Assembly: GCA_963750385.1 (NCBI GenBank) | Contig: CAVVQJ010000003.1 | Span: forward strand, 16,831-80,830 | DNA: 64,000 nucleotides | DNA from: an uncultured Alphaproteobacteria bacterium | GTDB lineage: Bacteria; Pseudomonadota; Alphaproteobacteria; Sphingomonadales; Sphingomonadaceae | Direction: 5' to 3' | Program-made: the position numbers and the translations under genes | Notes under the pieces: model-generated | Databases searched by the model: none | The model's input: only the letters and a program-made list of their open reading frames with translations | What the model was told of the DNA's origin: nothing | Shown: positions 1 to 17,151 of the stretch, piece after piece | Layout of the letters: the number at the start of each line of letters is the position of its first letter | Position numbering within the stretch: the first letter of the stretch is position 1

Positions 1-381
1 GCGACAGGGCGCTCCCTTGGCGAAAATCAGATGGTCTACGATGGGGAGGTCGATGCTTTCCCCGGCGATCGCCAGCGCTCGCGTGGCCCGAAAGTCGGCC
101 TGGCTGGGGGGCGAGTCGCCGCTTGGGTGATTATGAGCCAGCACGACGCCCGCGCTGCCAAGCCGGGCTGCGTCCTCGATGATGGAGCGGACCGGAACGG
201 CGGCCGACGATTGATCGCCTTCATAGCGTTCGAGATGAATGCACCGTGCCGCCTCATCGAGGTGGGCGACCCACAGCCTTTCGCAAGCGCGATCTTCCAG
301 AGTGAAGCAGGACTCGAAAAAACGGTGGGCGGCATCGAAGCCGTTGAGAAGCGCAGGTGATTCGGCACGCTGATAACGCAT
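1..381 (-). CDS. RadC-like JAB-domain protein (C-terminus runs off the window)
   Basis: My own minus-strand translation from the ATG at 381..379 gives MRYQRAESPALLNGF...GVVLAHNHPSGDSPPSQADFRATRAL...VDHLIFAKG. The HNHPSGD JAMM-type motif is typical of the RadC/UPF0758 family. It is absent from the ORF track because there is no stop codon inside the window. Confidence 0.8.
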   Translation of the reverse strand, partial: MRYQRAESPALLNGFDAAHRFFESCFTLEDRACERLWVAHLDEAARCIHLERYEGDQSSAAVPVRSIIEDAARLGSAGVVLAHNHPSGDSPPSQADFRATRALAIAGESIDLPIVDHLIFAKGAPCR

Positions 382-499
382 GGATGAAAGCCTAAGCGCG
401 CGCCGCCGTTTGGTCCTAAGGGGAACCGGTCCATATTGGAGCCAACGGGATGCCTCGTTGGGTGCTGGACGCTGGACGCCGAACGGCTAGGGTGGAGAC

Positions 500-1294
500 A
501 TGCGCCAATATCTCGACCTCATGCAGAAGATTCTCGACGAGGGCGTCGAGCAGATGGACCGGACGGCAACGGGCACGCTTTCGTTGTTCGGGGCGCAAAT
601 GCGTTTCGATTTGGCCCAAGGCTTCCCGCTACTGACGACGAAAAAACTCCATTTGCGATCAATCATTGTCGAACTGCTGTGGTTTTTGCGCGGGGACACC
701 AACGTTCGCTGGCTGCAGGAGCGCAAGGTCAGCATCTGGGACGAATGGGCCGACGACCATGGTGATCTCGGCCCGGTCTATGGCAAGCAGTGGCGTGACT
801 GGGAGACTGCCGATGGCCGGCACATCGACCAGATCAAGCAGCTGACCGAACTAATCAGGCGCGATCCCGGCTCACGACGGCAGATCGTGACCGCCTGGAA
901 CCCGGGCGAGATCGAGCGCATGGCGCTCGCCCCCTGCCATTGCCTGTTCCAGACGCAGGTCGCTGCCGGGCGACTTAACCTGCAACTTTATCAGCGAAGC
1001 GCCGATTTTTTCCTTGGTGTTCCCTTCAACATCGCCAGCTATGCGCTCCTCACCCACATGCTGGCGCGCGAATGCGGGCTGGAGCCAGGCGTGTTCGTGT
1101 GGACCGGCGGCGACGTCCACCTTTATTCCAACCACCTCGATCAGGCGCGGTTGCAGCTGGCCCGCGAGCCGCGCGCCTTGCCTCGCCTGGTGATGAATGA
1201 CCGCGGGCAGGGCATCGACAATTACGAGCCCGACGACTTCGCGTTCGAGGCTTACGATCCCCATCCGTCCATCGCTGCGCCCATCGCGGTTTAG
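500..1294 (+). CDS. thyA: thymidylate synthase
   Basis: 264-aa [18 protein letters not shown]...PCHCLFQ...DVHLYSNH. Canonical ThyA sequence and length. Confidence 0.97.
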   Translation: MRQYLDLMQKILDEGVEQMDRTATGTLSLFGAQMRFDLAQGFPLLTTKKLHLRSIIVELLWFLRGDTNVRWLQERKVSIWDEWADDHGDLGPVYGKQWRDWETADGRHIDQIKQLTELIRRDPGSRRQIVTAWNPGEIERMALAPCHCLFQTQVAAGRLNLQLYQRSADFFLGVPFNIASYALLTHMLARECGLEPGVFVWTGGDVHLYSNHLDQARLQLAREPRALPRLVMNDRGQGIDNYEPDDFAFEAYDPHPSIAAPIAV

Positions 1295-1368
1295 AAACAT
1301 TTCGCCTGCGTCATGGCACCTAACGCGATTTGCCGCGTTCGTTCAGCCGCTAGACAGGAGAAAGTCCC

Positions 1369-1494
1369 ATGCTTCGCAAAGTAATGACGATGGTATTGAT
1401 TGGTGGCAGTATCGCCATCGCGGCGTGCAACACCGTTCGCGGCGCCGCCGCAGATGTAAATTCGGCAGCAAACGCGGTCGACAACGCCACCTGA
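1369..1494 (+). CDS. entericidin EcnA/B-family small lipoprotein
   Basis: 41-aa ORF found by hand: MLRKVMTMVLIGGSIAIAACNTVRGAAADVNSAANAVDNAT. It has a signal peptide with lipobox IAAC, and AGGAG lies upstream. Confidence 0.7.
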   Translation: MLRKVMTMVLIGGSIAIAACNTVRGAAADVNSAANAVDNAT

Positions 1495-1535
1495 TTTCGG
1501 CCATGGTCGTTACGCTATGAGAGGGAGTTTCGACC

Positions 1536-1676
1536 ATGGTTCGTAAGGTGACGACGTTGCTGGTGATCGGTGGCGCGCTGGTAATTGCAGCGTGCAACAC
1601 GGTTCGCGGCGCCGGCGAGGATCTAGGCTCGGCTGCGAACTGCACCGAGAATGCGATCAACGGCGGACGGTGCTGA
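1536..1676 (+). CDS. entericidin EcnA/B-family small lipoprotein (tandem paralog)
   Basis: 46-aa ORF: MVRKVTTLLVIGGALVIAACNTVRGAGEDLGSAANCTENAINGGRC. It shares the signal, lipobox and NTVRGA core with the previous ORF, and GAGGGAG lies upstream. Confidence 0.7.
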   Translation: MVRKVTTLLVIGGALVIAACNTVRGAGEDLGSAANCTENAINGGRC

Positions 1677-1703
1677 TCAGCCGAGAGAGCAACAATAAGA
1701 AAA

Positions 1704-1739
1704 AAGCCCCGCCGGTTTGTCCCGGCGGGGCTTTTTTTG
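1704..1739 (+). terminator. rho-independent terminator after the entericidin pair
   Basis: GC hairpin AGCCCCGCCGG-tttgt-CCCGGCGGGGCT followed by a run of seven T. Confidence 0.75.
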
Positions 1740-1982
1740 TGGTAGAGCCCTTAATCGATCCGCGCAGTTGGCGCTGAGCATGGCGCTTGGCCGCAAAGCG
1801 AAACGTCCAGCCCGCACGCGATCTCGGTACCGTAGATGCGGCCGCGATAGTAAGGCCGACCAATAACCGCCCAGAACGGCGCGCCTCTCGTCAATCGGGC
1901 CGCGATTAATAAGCGATCTCGACCGGGTTCGCCCCGTCTGTGAAATCGATTCCGCGACGGGCGTAGCCTACGTCGTAATGGA

Positions 1983-2020
1983 AAGAAAAGGTCGCCGCCC
2001 GGCGGGGCGACGACCTTCTT
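1983..2020 (-). terminator. rho-independent terminator after rpoC
   Basis: The minus strand reads GGTCGTCGCCCCGCCGGGCGGCGACC followed by TTTTCTTT, immediately 3' of the rpoC stop. Confidence 0.6.
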
Positions 2021-2043
2021 TATGTTGACCGGACCGAAGCTTG

Positions 2044-6382
<4,339 letters not shown>

Positions 6383-6386
6383 TCAG

Positions 6387-10557
<4,171 letters not shown>

Positions 10558-10825
10558 GTTTAGTCCCTGCGCTCCGGGCACGCGTCAAGGCACGCGGACC
10601 CTAAATTGAAGTCCGGCGCGGCTCCTGCTTGTTCTTCACCATACGTTCGGACCGTTGCGCGGGTTCGGTCCGTGTCCCGGTGAGGACAGGAAAGGCCCCG
10701 GGCGCACGAAGCCGTGCGGCGGAGCCGTCAAATGTTGGATAATGTGGATATAGCGCGATCCGGCCAGGTTGCAAGGGCCGGATCGCTTACCAATTCAATT
10801 ATTTGCGGAGCCGCAATCGGCCCGC

Positions 10826-11065
10826 CTACATGCTGTTGGCAGTGCCCATGTCGTTCGACATGTTCATATCATCGGACATATTCATATCGTTCGACATGTT
10901 CATGTCATTCATGCCCATATCGTTGGTCATGCCCATGTCATTCGACATGCCCATATCATTGGTCATGTCCAAGTCGTTGTTGGCCGTTTCGTTGCCGGAG
11001 CAGGCGCCGAGCGCGATGGCGGAGGCAGCAACCAGCGTCGTGGCGGCGAGTGACAAACGTTTCAT
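10826..11065 (-). CDS. small Met/Asn/Asp-rich repeat lipoprotein, (NDMxMS)n
   Basis: 79 aa: MKRLSLAATTLVAASAIALGACSGNETANNDLDMTNDMGMSNDMGMTNDMGMNDMNMSNDMNMSDDMNMSNDMGTANSM. It has a lipobox LGAC, and AGGAGA lies 6-11 nt upstream of the ATG at 11065. Confidence 0.7.
   Translation of the reverse strand: MKRLSLAATTLVAASAIALGACSGNETANNDLDMTNDMGMSNDMGMTNDMGMNDMNMSNDMNMSDDMNMSNDMGTANSM
10844..10975 (-). repeat. in-frame tandem 18-nt coding repeat (about 7 units, one of them 15 nt)
   Basis: Degenerate unit AAC GAC ATG GGC/AAC ATG TCG/ACC, visible directly in the DNA and the protein. Confidence 0.8.
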
Positions 11066-11166
11066 CAATGGTCTCCTGTTGCGCAGGCACTTACAAACAC
11101 GGCGCGGGTTTGTTTCAGACGTTACGCGCCCGTATCGTGAATCGGGCAGCACTCGAGGAGCACCCC

Positions 11167-11496
11167 ATGACCGAAATCCGCGATTTTCACGCCCATATTT
11201 ATTACGATCCCGGTGAGGTCGATCGAGCAAAAGCCCTGGCCGCCGAGGCGCGGCGGCGGTTCGGACTGGCGATCGGCCATTTCCATCCGGGTCCGGTCGG
11301 ACCGCATCCCCGGGGCAGCGTTCAGATGACGGTCCCGACCGAGCTGTTTGGCGACGTGGCGGCATGGCTTGCGGTCAACCGGGCCGGACTTACCATCTTC
11401 GCCCATGCATCGACCGGCGATGACCGGCAGGACCATCGCCACAACGTAATCTGGTTTGGTGCAAGCGAGCCGCTCGACCTGACAATCTTCGACTAG
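11167..11496 (+). CDS. DOPA 4,5-dioxygenase-family protein
   Basis: 109 aa, MTEIRDFHAHIYYDPGEVDRAKAL...GHFHPGPVGPHP...IFAHASTGDD. The HAHIYY / VGPH pattern matches this family from memory. Confidence 0.7.
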   Translation: MTEIRDFHAHIYYDPGEVDRAKALAAEARRRFGLAIGHFHPGPVGPHPRGSVQMTVPTELFGDVAAWLAVNRAGLTIFAHASTGDDRQDHRHNVIWFGASEPLDLTIFD

Positions 11497-11657
11497 CGCG
11501 GACAAGGTGAGCCGTGGCGGTGGCCTTGGTGGAAGCGCTGGCGGCCCCGCCTCCATTCATCGTCGCGTCAATGATGGCCGGAAGCGCGGGCCTTTGACGA
11601 GGCGCTTGCCGGCCCGCTAATCTGTGTTAACCTTGGTTTGGCAAAAGGGGGCCAGCC

Positions 11658-12479
11658 ATGCCGTTTCGCCATGCACATTGGTGGGTGTTGGGATTATTTC
11701 CGCTCGCCGCTCTGGCCTTCTGGCCAAACTACATCTCGACCCTGTCAACCAGTCCGCCGTCGTTTCATTTTCATGGCCTGACGGCTTCCCTGTGGCTGAT
11801 CCTGCTAGCGATCCAAAGCTGGTCGATCCATCACGGCCAGCGCTCCTTCCACCGGACCAACGGGCTCGTCAGCTTCGCGCTGTTTCCGCTGTTCATGGCG
11901 GGCGGGGCGACCATCTTCGTAGGTATGGCGCAGCGCTTCGCCGCCCCTCCCAATGCCTTCTACGAGCTTTATCCGCCGCGCCTCGCGTGGCTCGATTTCG
12001 TGGCGATCGGCGGGCTCGCCTATTTCTACTTCCAGGCCCTCAAACATCGACGCTTCGTCGGCAAGCACAGCAGCTACCTGTTGGCCACCGCCATCTTCCT
12101 GATGCCGCCCATCCTGGGCCGCCTGGCGCCGCTCGCGATGGGGATCGACTTCAACAGCCCCGACGCTTTCAAGCAAATGTACATGAGCTTTCACTGGGGC
12201 AATCTGGCGACGGTGCTGCTTGCCTTCGTGATCGCGTGGCGATCGGGACGCAACGGACGTCCGTTCGCCATTGCCGGCCTTTTGGTGCTGCTGTCGGCGC
12301 TGCTGTTCGAATTTCCCGGCGGAGCGGATTGGTGGTGGTCGGTCTATCCCGGATTCGCCGAGGTTCCGGCATTGCCGTTGGCGATCGCCGCGGCGCTGTT
12401 TGGCGCCGCCGTTGGCTGGGCAGGCTGGAATGCAGGCAAGAAGCCGGTGGCGCCCAGGCAGGACGCTCTGCCGGCCTGA
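11658..12479 (+). CDS. hypothetical polytopic membrane protein
   Basis: 273-aa ORF with about 7 hydrophobic segments and high GC3. I recognise no family. Confidence 0.6.
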   Translation: MPFRHAHWWVLGLFPLAALAFWPNYISTLSTSPPSFHFHGLTASLWLILLAIQSWSIHHGQRSFHRTNGLVSFALFPLFMAGGATIFVGMAQRFAAPPNAFYELYPPRLAWLDFVAIGGLAYFYFQALKHRRFVGKHSSYLLATAIFLMPPILGRLAPLAMGIDFNSPDAFKQMYMSFHWGNLATVLLAFVIAWRSGRNGRPFAIAGLLVLLSALLFEFPGGADWWWSVYPGFAEVPALPLAIAAALFGAAVGWAGWNAGKKPVAPRQDALPA

Positions 12480-12485
12480 CGCAAA

Positions 12486-12513
12486 AAGGGCGGCCCCTCG
12501 CGGAGCCGCCCTT
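12486..12513 (-). terminator. hairpin terminator after rplL (shared with the convergent membrane-protein gene)
   Basis: AAGGGCGGC-ccctcgcgga-GCCGCCCTT. In minus orientation it is followed by TTTTT. Confidence 0.55.
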
Positions 12514-12546
12514 CCTTGTTCGGTTCGAGCGAAAAGCCCGAAGCAG

Positions 12547-12921
12547 TTACTTGAGCTCGACGGTGCCGCCGGCTTCCTCGATCTGCTTCTTGATCTTCTC
12601 GGCCTCTTCCTTGTTGACGCCTTCCTTGACGGCCTTCGGAGCGCCTTCGACGAGCGCCTTGGCTTCGCCGAGGCCCAGGCCGGTGATGGCGCGGACTTCC
12701 TTGATGACGTTGATCTTCTTGCCACCGTCGCCGGTGAGGATCACGTCGAACTCGCTCTGCTCTTCAGCGGCTGGGCCCGCGGCGGCGGCGGCCGGGCCGG
12801 CAACGGCGACGGCAGCGGCGGCCGAAACGCCCCACTTCTCTTCGAGCAGCTTCGCCAGTTCGGCGGCTTCGAGAACGCTCAGCTCGGAAAGCTGATCAAC
12901 AATCTTGTTAAGGTCTGCCAT
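12547..12921 (-). CDS. rplL: 50S ribosomal protein L7/L12
   Basis: [33 protein letters not shown]...EAGGTVELK, with AAGGAG upstream of the ATG at 12921. Confidence 0.97.
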   Translation of the reverse strand: MADLNKIVDQLSELSVLEAAELAKLLEEKWGVSAAAAVAVAGPAAAAAGPAAEEQSEFDVILTGDGGKKINVIKEVRAITGLGLGEAKALVEGAPKAVKEGVNKEEAEKIKKQIEEAGGTVELK

Positions 12922-12978
12922 TTCAAACTCCTTGCGGGGACACAGCCCCAATGTCGTGCGATAAATTCTTTGCGAAAA

Positions 12979-13492
12979 TCAGGCTGCCTTGGCGGCGTAC
13001 GCCCCGGTCACGCGGGCCAAAAGGCTCGCGGGCTCGATGGCGATGCGCGCAAGCTTGGTGGCGGGCGCCTGGATGAGCCCAACCAACGTACCGCGCAGCT
13101 GATCGAGCGACGGAAGCGCGGCCAAGGCCTTGATCCCGTTCAGGTCGAGCAGCGTGTCGCCCATTGCGCCGCCAACGATCTCGAGACGATCGTTGGTCTT
13201 GGCGAACTCCACCGCGACCTTTGCGGCCGCGACGGGGTCGGTCGAGGTGGCCAAAGCGGTCGGGCCGGTCAGCATGTCGCCGATCGGTCCGTACTTCGTG
13301 CCCTCGAGCGCAATCAGGGCAAGCCGGTTCTTCGCAACTTTGAACTGGGCGCCGGCGTCGCGCATCTTCAGGCGCAAGTCGGTCGACTGGGCGACCGACA
13401 GGCCGAGATTGCGGGTGATCAACCACCACGCTGGTCTCGGTGAAGACGTTCTTCAGCTCGGCAACCAGATCGGCTTTTTGCGAACGATCCAT
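12979..13492 (-). CDS. rplJ: 50S ribosomal protein L10 (one frameshift near 13422)
   Basis: The N-terminus [24 protein letters not shown] lies in the frame of ORF 12923..13567. The rest, [16 protein letters not shown]...AYAAKAA, lies in ORF 12979..13422. Confidence 0.9.
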
Positions 13493-13700
13493 GCCATACT
13501 CCTTATCGGCCGAAGCGAGCTCCGACCGAGGTTCAAACGACCTCGCCGCCGGGTGGCGACGAAGCAAATTTGTCCGGGGGGATGGATCGGTGGCGAAGCC
13601 GGTAGCGGCATCGCACGACAGGAGCCTTGACGGCGCCGGTCTAATTCATGTCCCCGTCTAGGCCGCGAATTAAGCTCCAAAGTGAATCTGGGGCAGCGAC
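13493..13700 (-). promoter_or_regulatory. possible L10 (rplJL) autoregulatory leader
   Basis: About 290 nt of untranslated region lies upstream of rplJ with GC-rich pairing potential. This rests only on position and on knowledge that L10-L12 binds its own leader. I did not verify the structure. Confidence 0.25.
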
Positions 13701-13784
13701 TGTCTCGGACGAGTAGCGTTCCCGTGGGAATGCGACCGGGCGCTCATAGCGGGGGCGGGTGAAAAGTCAAACAGGTTGCCTGGC

Positions 13785-14171
13785 CTAGCGCACGACGATC
13801 GTGCCTTTCATGCCGAAGGTCTTGTGGAAGGGGTGGGAACATTTGAGTTTGTAATGGCCTGCTCGCGGGGCGGTAAGCTGAACCTCCCGGACCTGATGGC
13901 CTGGCACTTCAACCTCTCCTTCCATGACCATTGCCCGGTCTCGCGGCGCGATGGCCGATCCGGCGAAGAATTCGGACGCAGTGAAATCATGTCCGCCGCC
14001 GCCGTCATTGACGAGTCGCAGCACATAGGGCCGACCATGGTCGAGCACGATCGATTGAGGCGTAAAGCGGAAGTTGGACAGGTGAATCTCGAGGACCGTC
14101 GGGGCCTGCGCCGTCGCGCTCGGGCCGCCGATCAATATTAATGGCAATGCCAGTAGTTGGGCCATACGCAT
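13785..14171 (-). CDS. secreted cupredoxin-fold (plastocyanin/amicyanin-like) copper protein
   Basis: 128 aa with signal peptide MRMAQLLALPLILIGGPSATAQA. It has HDF...KLKCSHPFHKTFGM, a type-1 copper-like H...C..H....M ligand pattern. Confidence 0.7.
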   Translation of the reverse strand: MRMAQLLALPLILIGGPSATAQAPTVLEIHLSNFRFTPQSIVLDHGRPYVLRLVNDGGGGHDFTASEFFAGSAIAPRDRAMVMEGEVEVPGHQVREVQLTAPRAGHYKLKCSHPFHKTFGMKGTIVVR

Positions 14172-14304
14172 GGGCTTGCGCTCCTTTGCCGACCCTGCGG
14201 ACTCGCAGCAGTCAGACGAATAACGTTCCTGGCACCCGGCCGGTTGCTTGACAAAGTGGTCGGGGAGGTGCCCCTTTCAGCGCTTGTTAGCGAGGGGGTT
14301 GGCG

Positions 14305-15360
14305 ATGGTGCGGCCGTTGGTTTGGCCTTTCCTGGCTTTCGCGGTGGCGTTGCTTTCGGGGCTCGCTCCGGCGCGCGCAGCCGAGCCGTCCCGGATTGTA
14401 GCGGTCGGCGATCTTCACGGCGATCACGATGCCTGGATCGCGATTGCGCGTTCGGCCGGTCTGATCAACCGCCAGGGGAAATGGACGGGCGGCCGGGCCA
14501 TTTTCGTCCAGCTTGGCGACGTCGTCGACCGTGAGCCGGACAGTCTCAAGATCATTCGCGATCTCATGCGCCTTCAGCGCGAAGCTGCCCGCCAGGGCGG
14601 GAGGGTTGTGACCCTGGTCGGCAATCATGAGGCGATGAACATGACGAATGACCTTCGTTATGTTCATCCTGGCGAATTCGCCGCTTTCGCCGATCGCAAT
14701 TCGGAACGGCGGCGCGAGCTGGTTTATCAAGCCAATAAAAAGACGATCGAGGATGCCTACCATGTTCGGGACCCTGCGAAGTCGCCGACGGCGATCCATG
14801 ACGAGTGGATCAAGGCCACCCCGCTCGGCAAGGTAGAACATCAGGCGGCCTGGCTGCCGGACGGTGAGATTGGCCGTTGGGTCGTCGGCAACCCGGCGGT
14901 GGTCAAGATCGGCGATACGCTATTCGTGCACGGCGGGATCAGCGCCGCATATGCGACCATGCCGATCGACGAGATTAATCGACGCATCGCCGAAGCGCTC
15001 AAGGCAAGAGACGAAACGCCAACCGCGATCATCAACGATCCGCGCGGCCCGCTCTGGTATCGCGGCCTCATTACCCGCTCGGGGTCCGATGAAACCATGA
15101 TGGCGCCGCCGACGCCAAGCGCCGCGGTGCCGGCGCTGAGCATCGACCAGGAAATCGACCTGGTTCTTCGCTCCTATGCAGTGAAGCGGATCGTCGTCGG
15201 TCACACCCCCGCTCTGTCGGGAATCGTGTCCGCATCCAATGGTCATCTATGGCGCGCCGATAGCGGCAATAGCCGCGCCTATGGCGGCGTACCCTCCTAT
15301 CTCGAAATCATGGGCGACCGGGCGGTTGCGCACAGCGTGCCCCGGCCCGGGGGATCATAA
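14305..15360 (+). CDS. secreted calcineurin-like metallophosphoesterase
   Basis: VAVGDLHGDHDAW...QLGDVVDREPDS...LVGNHEAMN...VHGG...GHTP motifs, with signal peptide MVRPLVWPFLAFAVALLSGLAPARA. The start could instead be at 14248. Confidence 0.85.
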   Translation: MVRPLVWPFLAFAVALLSGLAPARAAEPSRIVAVGDLHGDHDAWIAIARSAGLINRQGKWTGGRAIFVQLGDVVDREPDSLKIIRDLMRLQREAARQGGRVVTLVGNHEAMNMTNDLRYVHPGEFAAFADRNSERRRELVYQANKKTIEDAYHVRDPAKSPTAIHDEWIKATPLGKVEHQAAWLPDGEIGRWVVGNPAVVKIGDTLFVHGGISAAYATMPIDEINRRIAEALKARDETPTAIINDPRGPLWYRGLITRSGSDETMMAPPTPSAAVPALSIDQEIDLVLRSYAVKRIVVGHTPALSGIVSASNGHLWRADSGNSRAYGGVPSYLEIMGDRAVAHSVPRPGGS

Positions 15361-15372
15361 AGGGAGGCGGCG

Positions 15373-16404
15373 ATGAGATATTTGATGGGGGCAGCCCTAT
15401 GCCTTGTGGCTGCGCCGGCGGCGGAAGCTGCGGCCCCGCCAACGCCTCTGTTCGCCAGCGATGCGCCAATCGAGATGACCATTAGCGGACCGATATCTTC
15501 CCTTGCCCGGGGCGCGGAGCAATCGACCGCGCCGCGCGAGGCGACGCTGGCGCTCGCCGGGTCGCCCGAAGTTCATGCAATTCGTCTTTCGCCGCGCGGA
15601 CTTGCTCGCCGCCGAAAGGAGACCTGCGACTTTCCGCCATTGCGCGTTGAGCTTGCCCAGCCGGCCCCGGCGGCTTCGCTGTTAGCCGGGCAGCGGCGGA
15701 TGAAGCTTGTCACCCATTGCCGCGGGTCGGCGGGATTCCAGCAGTATCTGCTGCTGGAATATGCAGCATACCGCATCTTCAACCTGCTCAGCCCGACCAG
15801 CTACCGAGCGCGGCTCGCGACCATCAACTATGTTGAACCGAACGGACGCAATTTGACCACGCGCCTCGGCTTTTTCATCGAAGACACAGCTGATGTCGCG
15901 CGCCGCAATGGCCTGAGGCAGGCCGTGGTTGGCGATAGAATACCCTCCCAGCAGCTGGAGGCACGGCAGGCGGCCAGGGTCGCCTTGTTCCAATATATGA
16001 TCGGCAACCTCGACTGGTCGATGCGGGCCGGACCGGCGGGTGAAGGCTGCTGCCACAACGCCCGCCTGCTGGCCGGCGCTGGCGGCGCGATGGTCCCGAT
16101 ACCCTATGATTTCGACTATTCGGGCCTAGTCGATGCTCCTTACGCGGTACCGCCCGAGCAGTTTAAAATCAGGAGCGTTCGAAGTCGCGTGTACCAGGGC
16201 TTCTGCCGCCACAATGGCGCGGCGATCGCGGTAGCCGCCGAATTTCGGGGCCAGCGGCCGGCGATCGAGGCGCTGTTCAGCCAGATCCCGTCGATGGAGG
16301 AGCGGACGCGCGCCAAGGCGCTGTCGTTCCTTTCGCGTTTCTTCGAGGAGATCGCGACCGATCAATCGGTCCAGAGCCGAATTCTCACCAAATGCATGGG
16401 CTAG
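15373..16404 (+). CDS. secreted conserved hypothetical; possible CotH-like atypical kinase fold
   Basis: 343 aa with a signal peptide and high GC3. The motifs MIGNLDWS, CCHNARLL and VPIPYDFDYSGL resemble the GNxD / HN / PWDxD pattern I recall for CotH. This is a motif-level resemblance only. The gene starts 12 nt after the phosphoesterase gene. Confidence 0.6.
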   Translation: MRYLMGAALCLVAAPAAEAAAPPTPLFASDAPIEMTISGPISSLARGAEQSTAPREATLALAGSPEVHAIRLSPRGLARRRKETCDFPPLRVELAQPAPAASLLAGQRRMKLVTHCRGSAGFQQYLLLEYAAYRIFNLLSPTSYRARLATINYVEPNGRNLTTRLGFFIEDTADVARRNGLRQAVVGDRIPSQQLEARQAARVALFQYMIGNLDWSMRAGPAGEGCCHNARLLAGAGGAMVPIPYDFDYSGLVDAPYAVPPEQFKIRSVRSRVYQGFCRHNGAAIAVAAEFRGQRPAIEALFSQIPSMEERTRAKALSFLSRFFEEIATDQSVQSRILTKCMG

Positions 16405-17103
16405 CTAGGCGGCGGGACCTGGCGGCGGCGGCGGGACCACCGGTGGCGTGGCAACAACGCTTCCATCGGCGTCGAAGTCGATCATGTAGCGCTTCATTCC
16501 CTCGCGCTCGCCATATTCGCTGATCCACAACAGCACGAAGCAAAAGTTGAAGCCGACCGACATCACCAGCGCCAGCTCGACCGCGCCGATGCCCGACGCC
16601 AGGCCAATGCCGACCGACAACAGAATGTAGAGCGCGTCGCCCGAGCTCTTGAGGCTGTTCTTGAACCGGACCGCGCCGGCAATTCCGCCCAGCGCGAAGG
16701 CGAGGGCCAGGCTGTGCTGGACGACGATCACGATCGAGGTGACGACGATCGGCAGGATCAGGATCGAGCTGATCAGCGACTGGTCATACTCCTCGGCCGA
16801 GCGGGTCGCCATATAGACCCAACTGACGGGAAGAGCGGTGACCAGGGCGCCCGTGATGGCCGTCGCCAGCCAACCGATGCTTTGACCCAGCGTCTTGACC
16901 GACTCCCCTTCGACGACGGCTTGCAGGGCATTGCTCTTGCCCGACGGATTGATCAGCTCTTCCGCGCCGCCGATCGGCAGGTAAACTCGAAATTCCGGAA
17001 AGGTCCGAAGGGTTAGCCATACGATCGCGAACAGCGCGACATAATAGACGATGAGTTGCACAATTAGTCGTGATGCTCGCATGGCCTGTTTCCCCCTGGG
17101 CAT
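16405..17103 (-). CDS. DUF4956-like integral membrane protein
   Basis: 232 aa with 4-5 TM segments. The GAVRFKNSLKSSGDALYILLSVGIGLASGIG core resembles the DUF4956 signature (RFRT...D..Y.F..I..G...G). The C-terminal tail is proline-rich. Confidence 0.55.
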   Translation of the reverse strand: MPRGKQAMRASRLIVQLIVYYVALFAIVWLTLRTFPEFRVYLPIGGAEELINPSGKSNALQAVVEGESVKTLGQSIGWLATAITGALVTALPVSWVYMATRSAEEYDQSLISSILILPIVVTSIVIVVQHSLALAFALGGIAGAVRFKNSLKSSGDALYILLSVGIGLASGIGAVELALVMSVGFNFCFVLLWISEYGEREGMKRYMIDFDADGSVVATPPVVPPPPPGPAA

Positions 17104-17151
17104 GATGGAGCGATATGACGGAAAGCTACGGCATTTCGCCGCAATGGCAAG

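Noticed and set aside
1750-1980. Possible gene remnant between the entericidin terminator and the rpoC terminator. The minus-strand reading gives ...FHYDVGYARRGIDFTDGANPVEIAY*.
   Set aside because: There are only short open stretches with no start or RBS and no family I can name. The evidence is insufficient to call a feature.
10844-10975. A possible CRISPR-like or non-coding satellite repeat.
   Set aside because: The period is 18 nt and in frame, there are no spacers, and it lies inside a well-formed lipoprotein ORF. It is a coding tandem repeat.
10769-11053. Plus-strand His/Val/Ile-rich repeat ORFs (HVHIIGHIHIVRHVHVIHAH...) and the long 10714..11496 ORF.
   Set aside because: They are mirror readings of the minus-strand NDMxMS repeat. 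They lack a signal peptide and an RBS, whereas the minus-strand ORF has both plus a lipobox. Only the 3' part of 10714..11496 (from 11167) is a real gene.
11624-12895. 423-aa plus-strand ORF and 306-aa minus-strand ORF (11805..12725).
   Set aside because: They run through the membrane-protein gene in the wrong frame or strand and antisense through rplL. The composition is Arg/Ala/Pro-rich shadow sequence.
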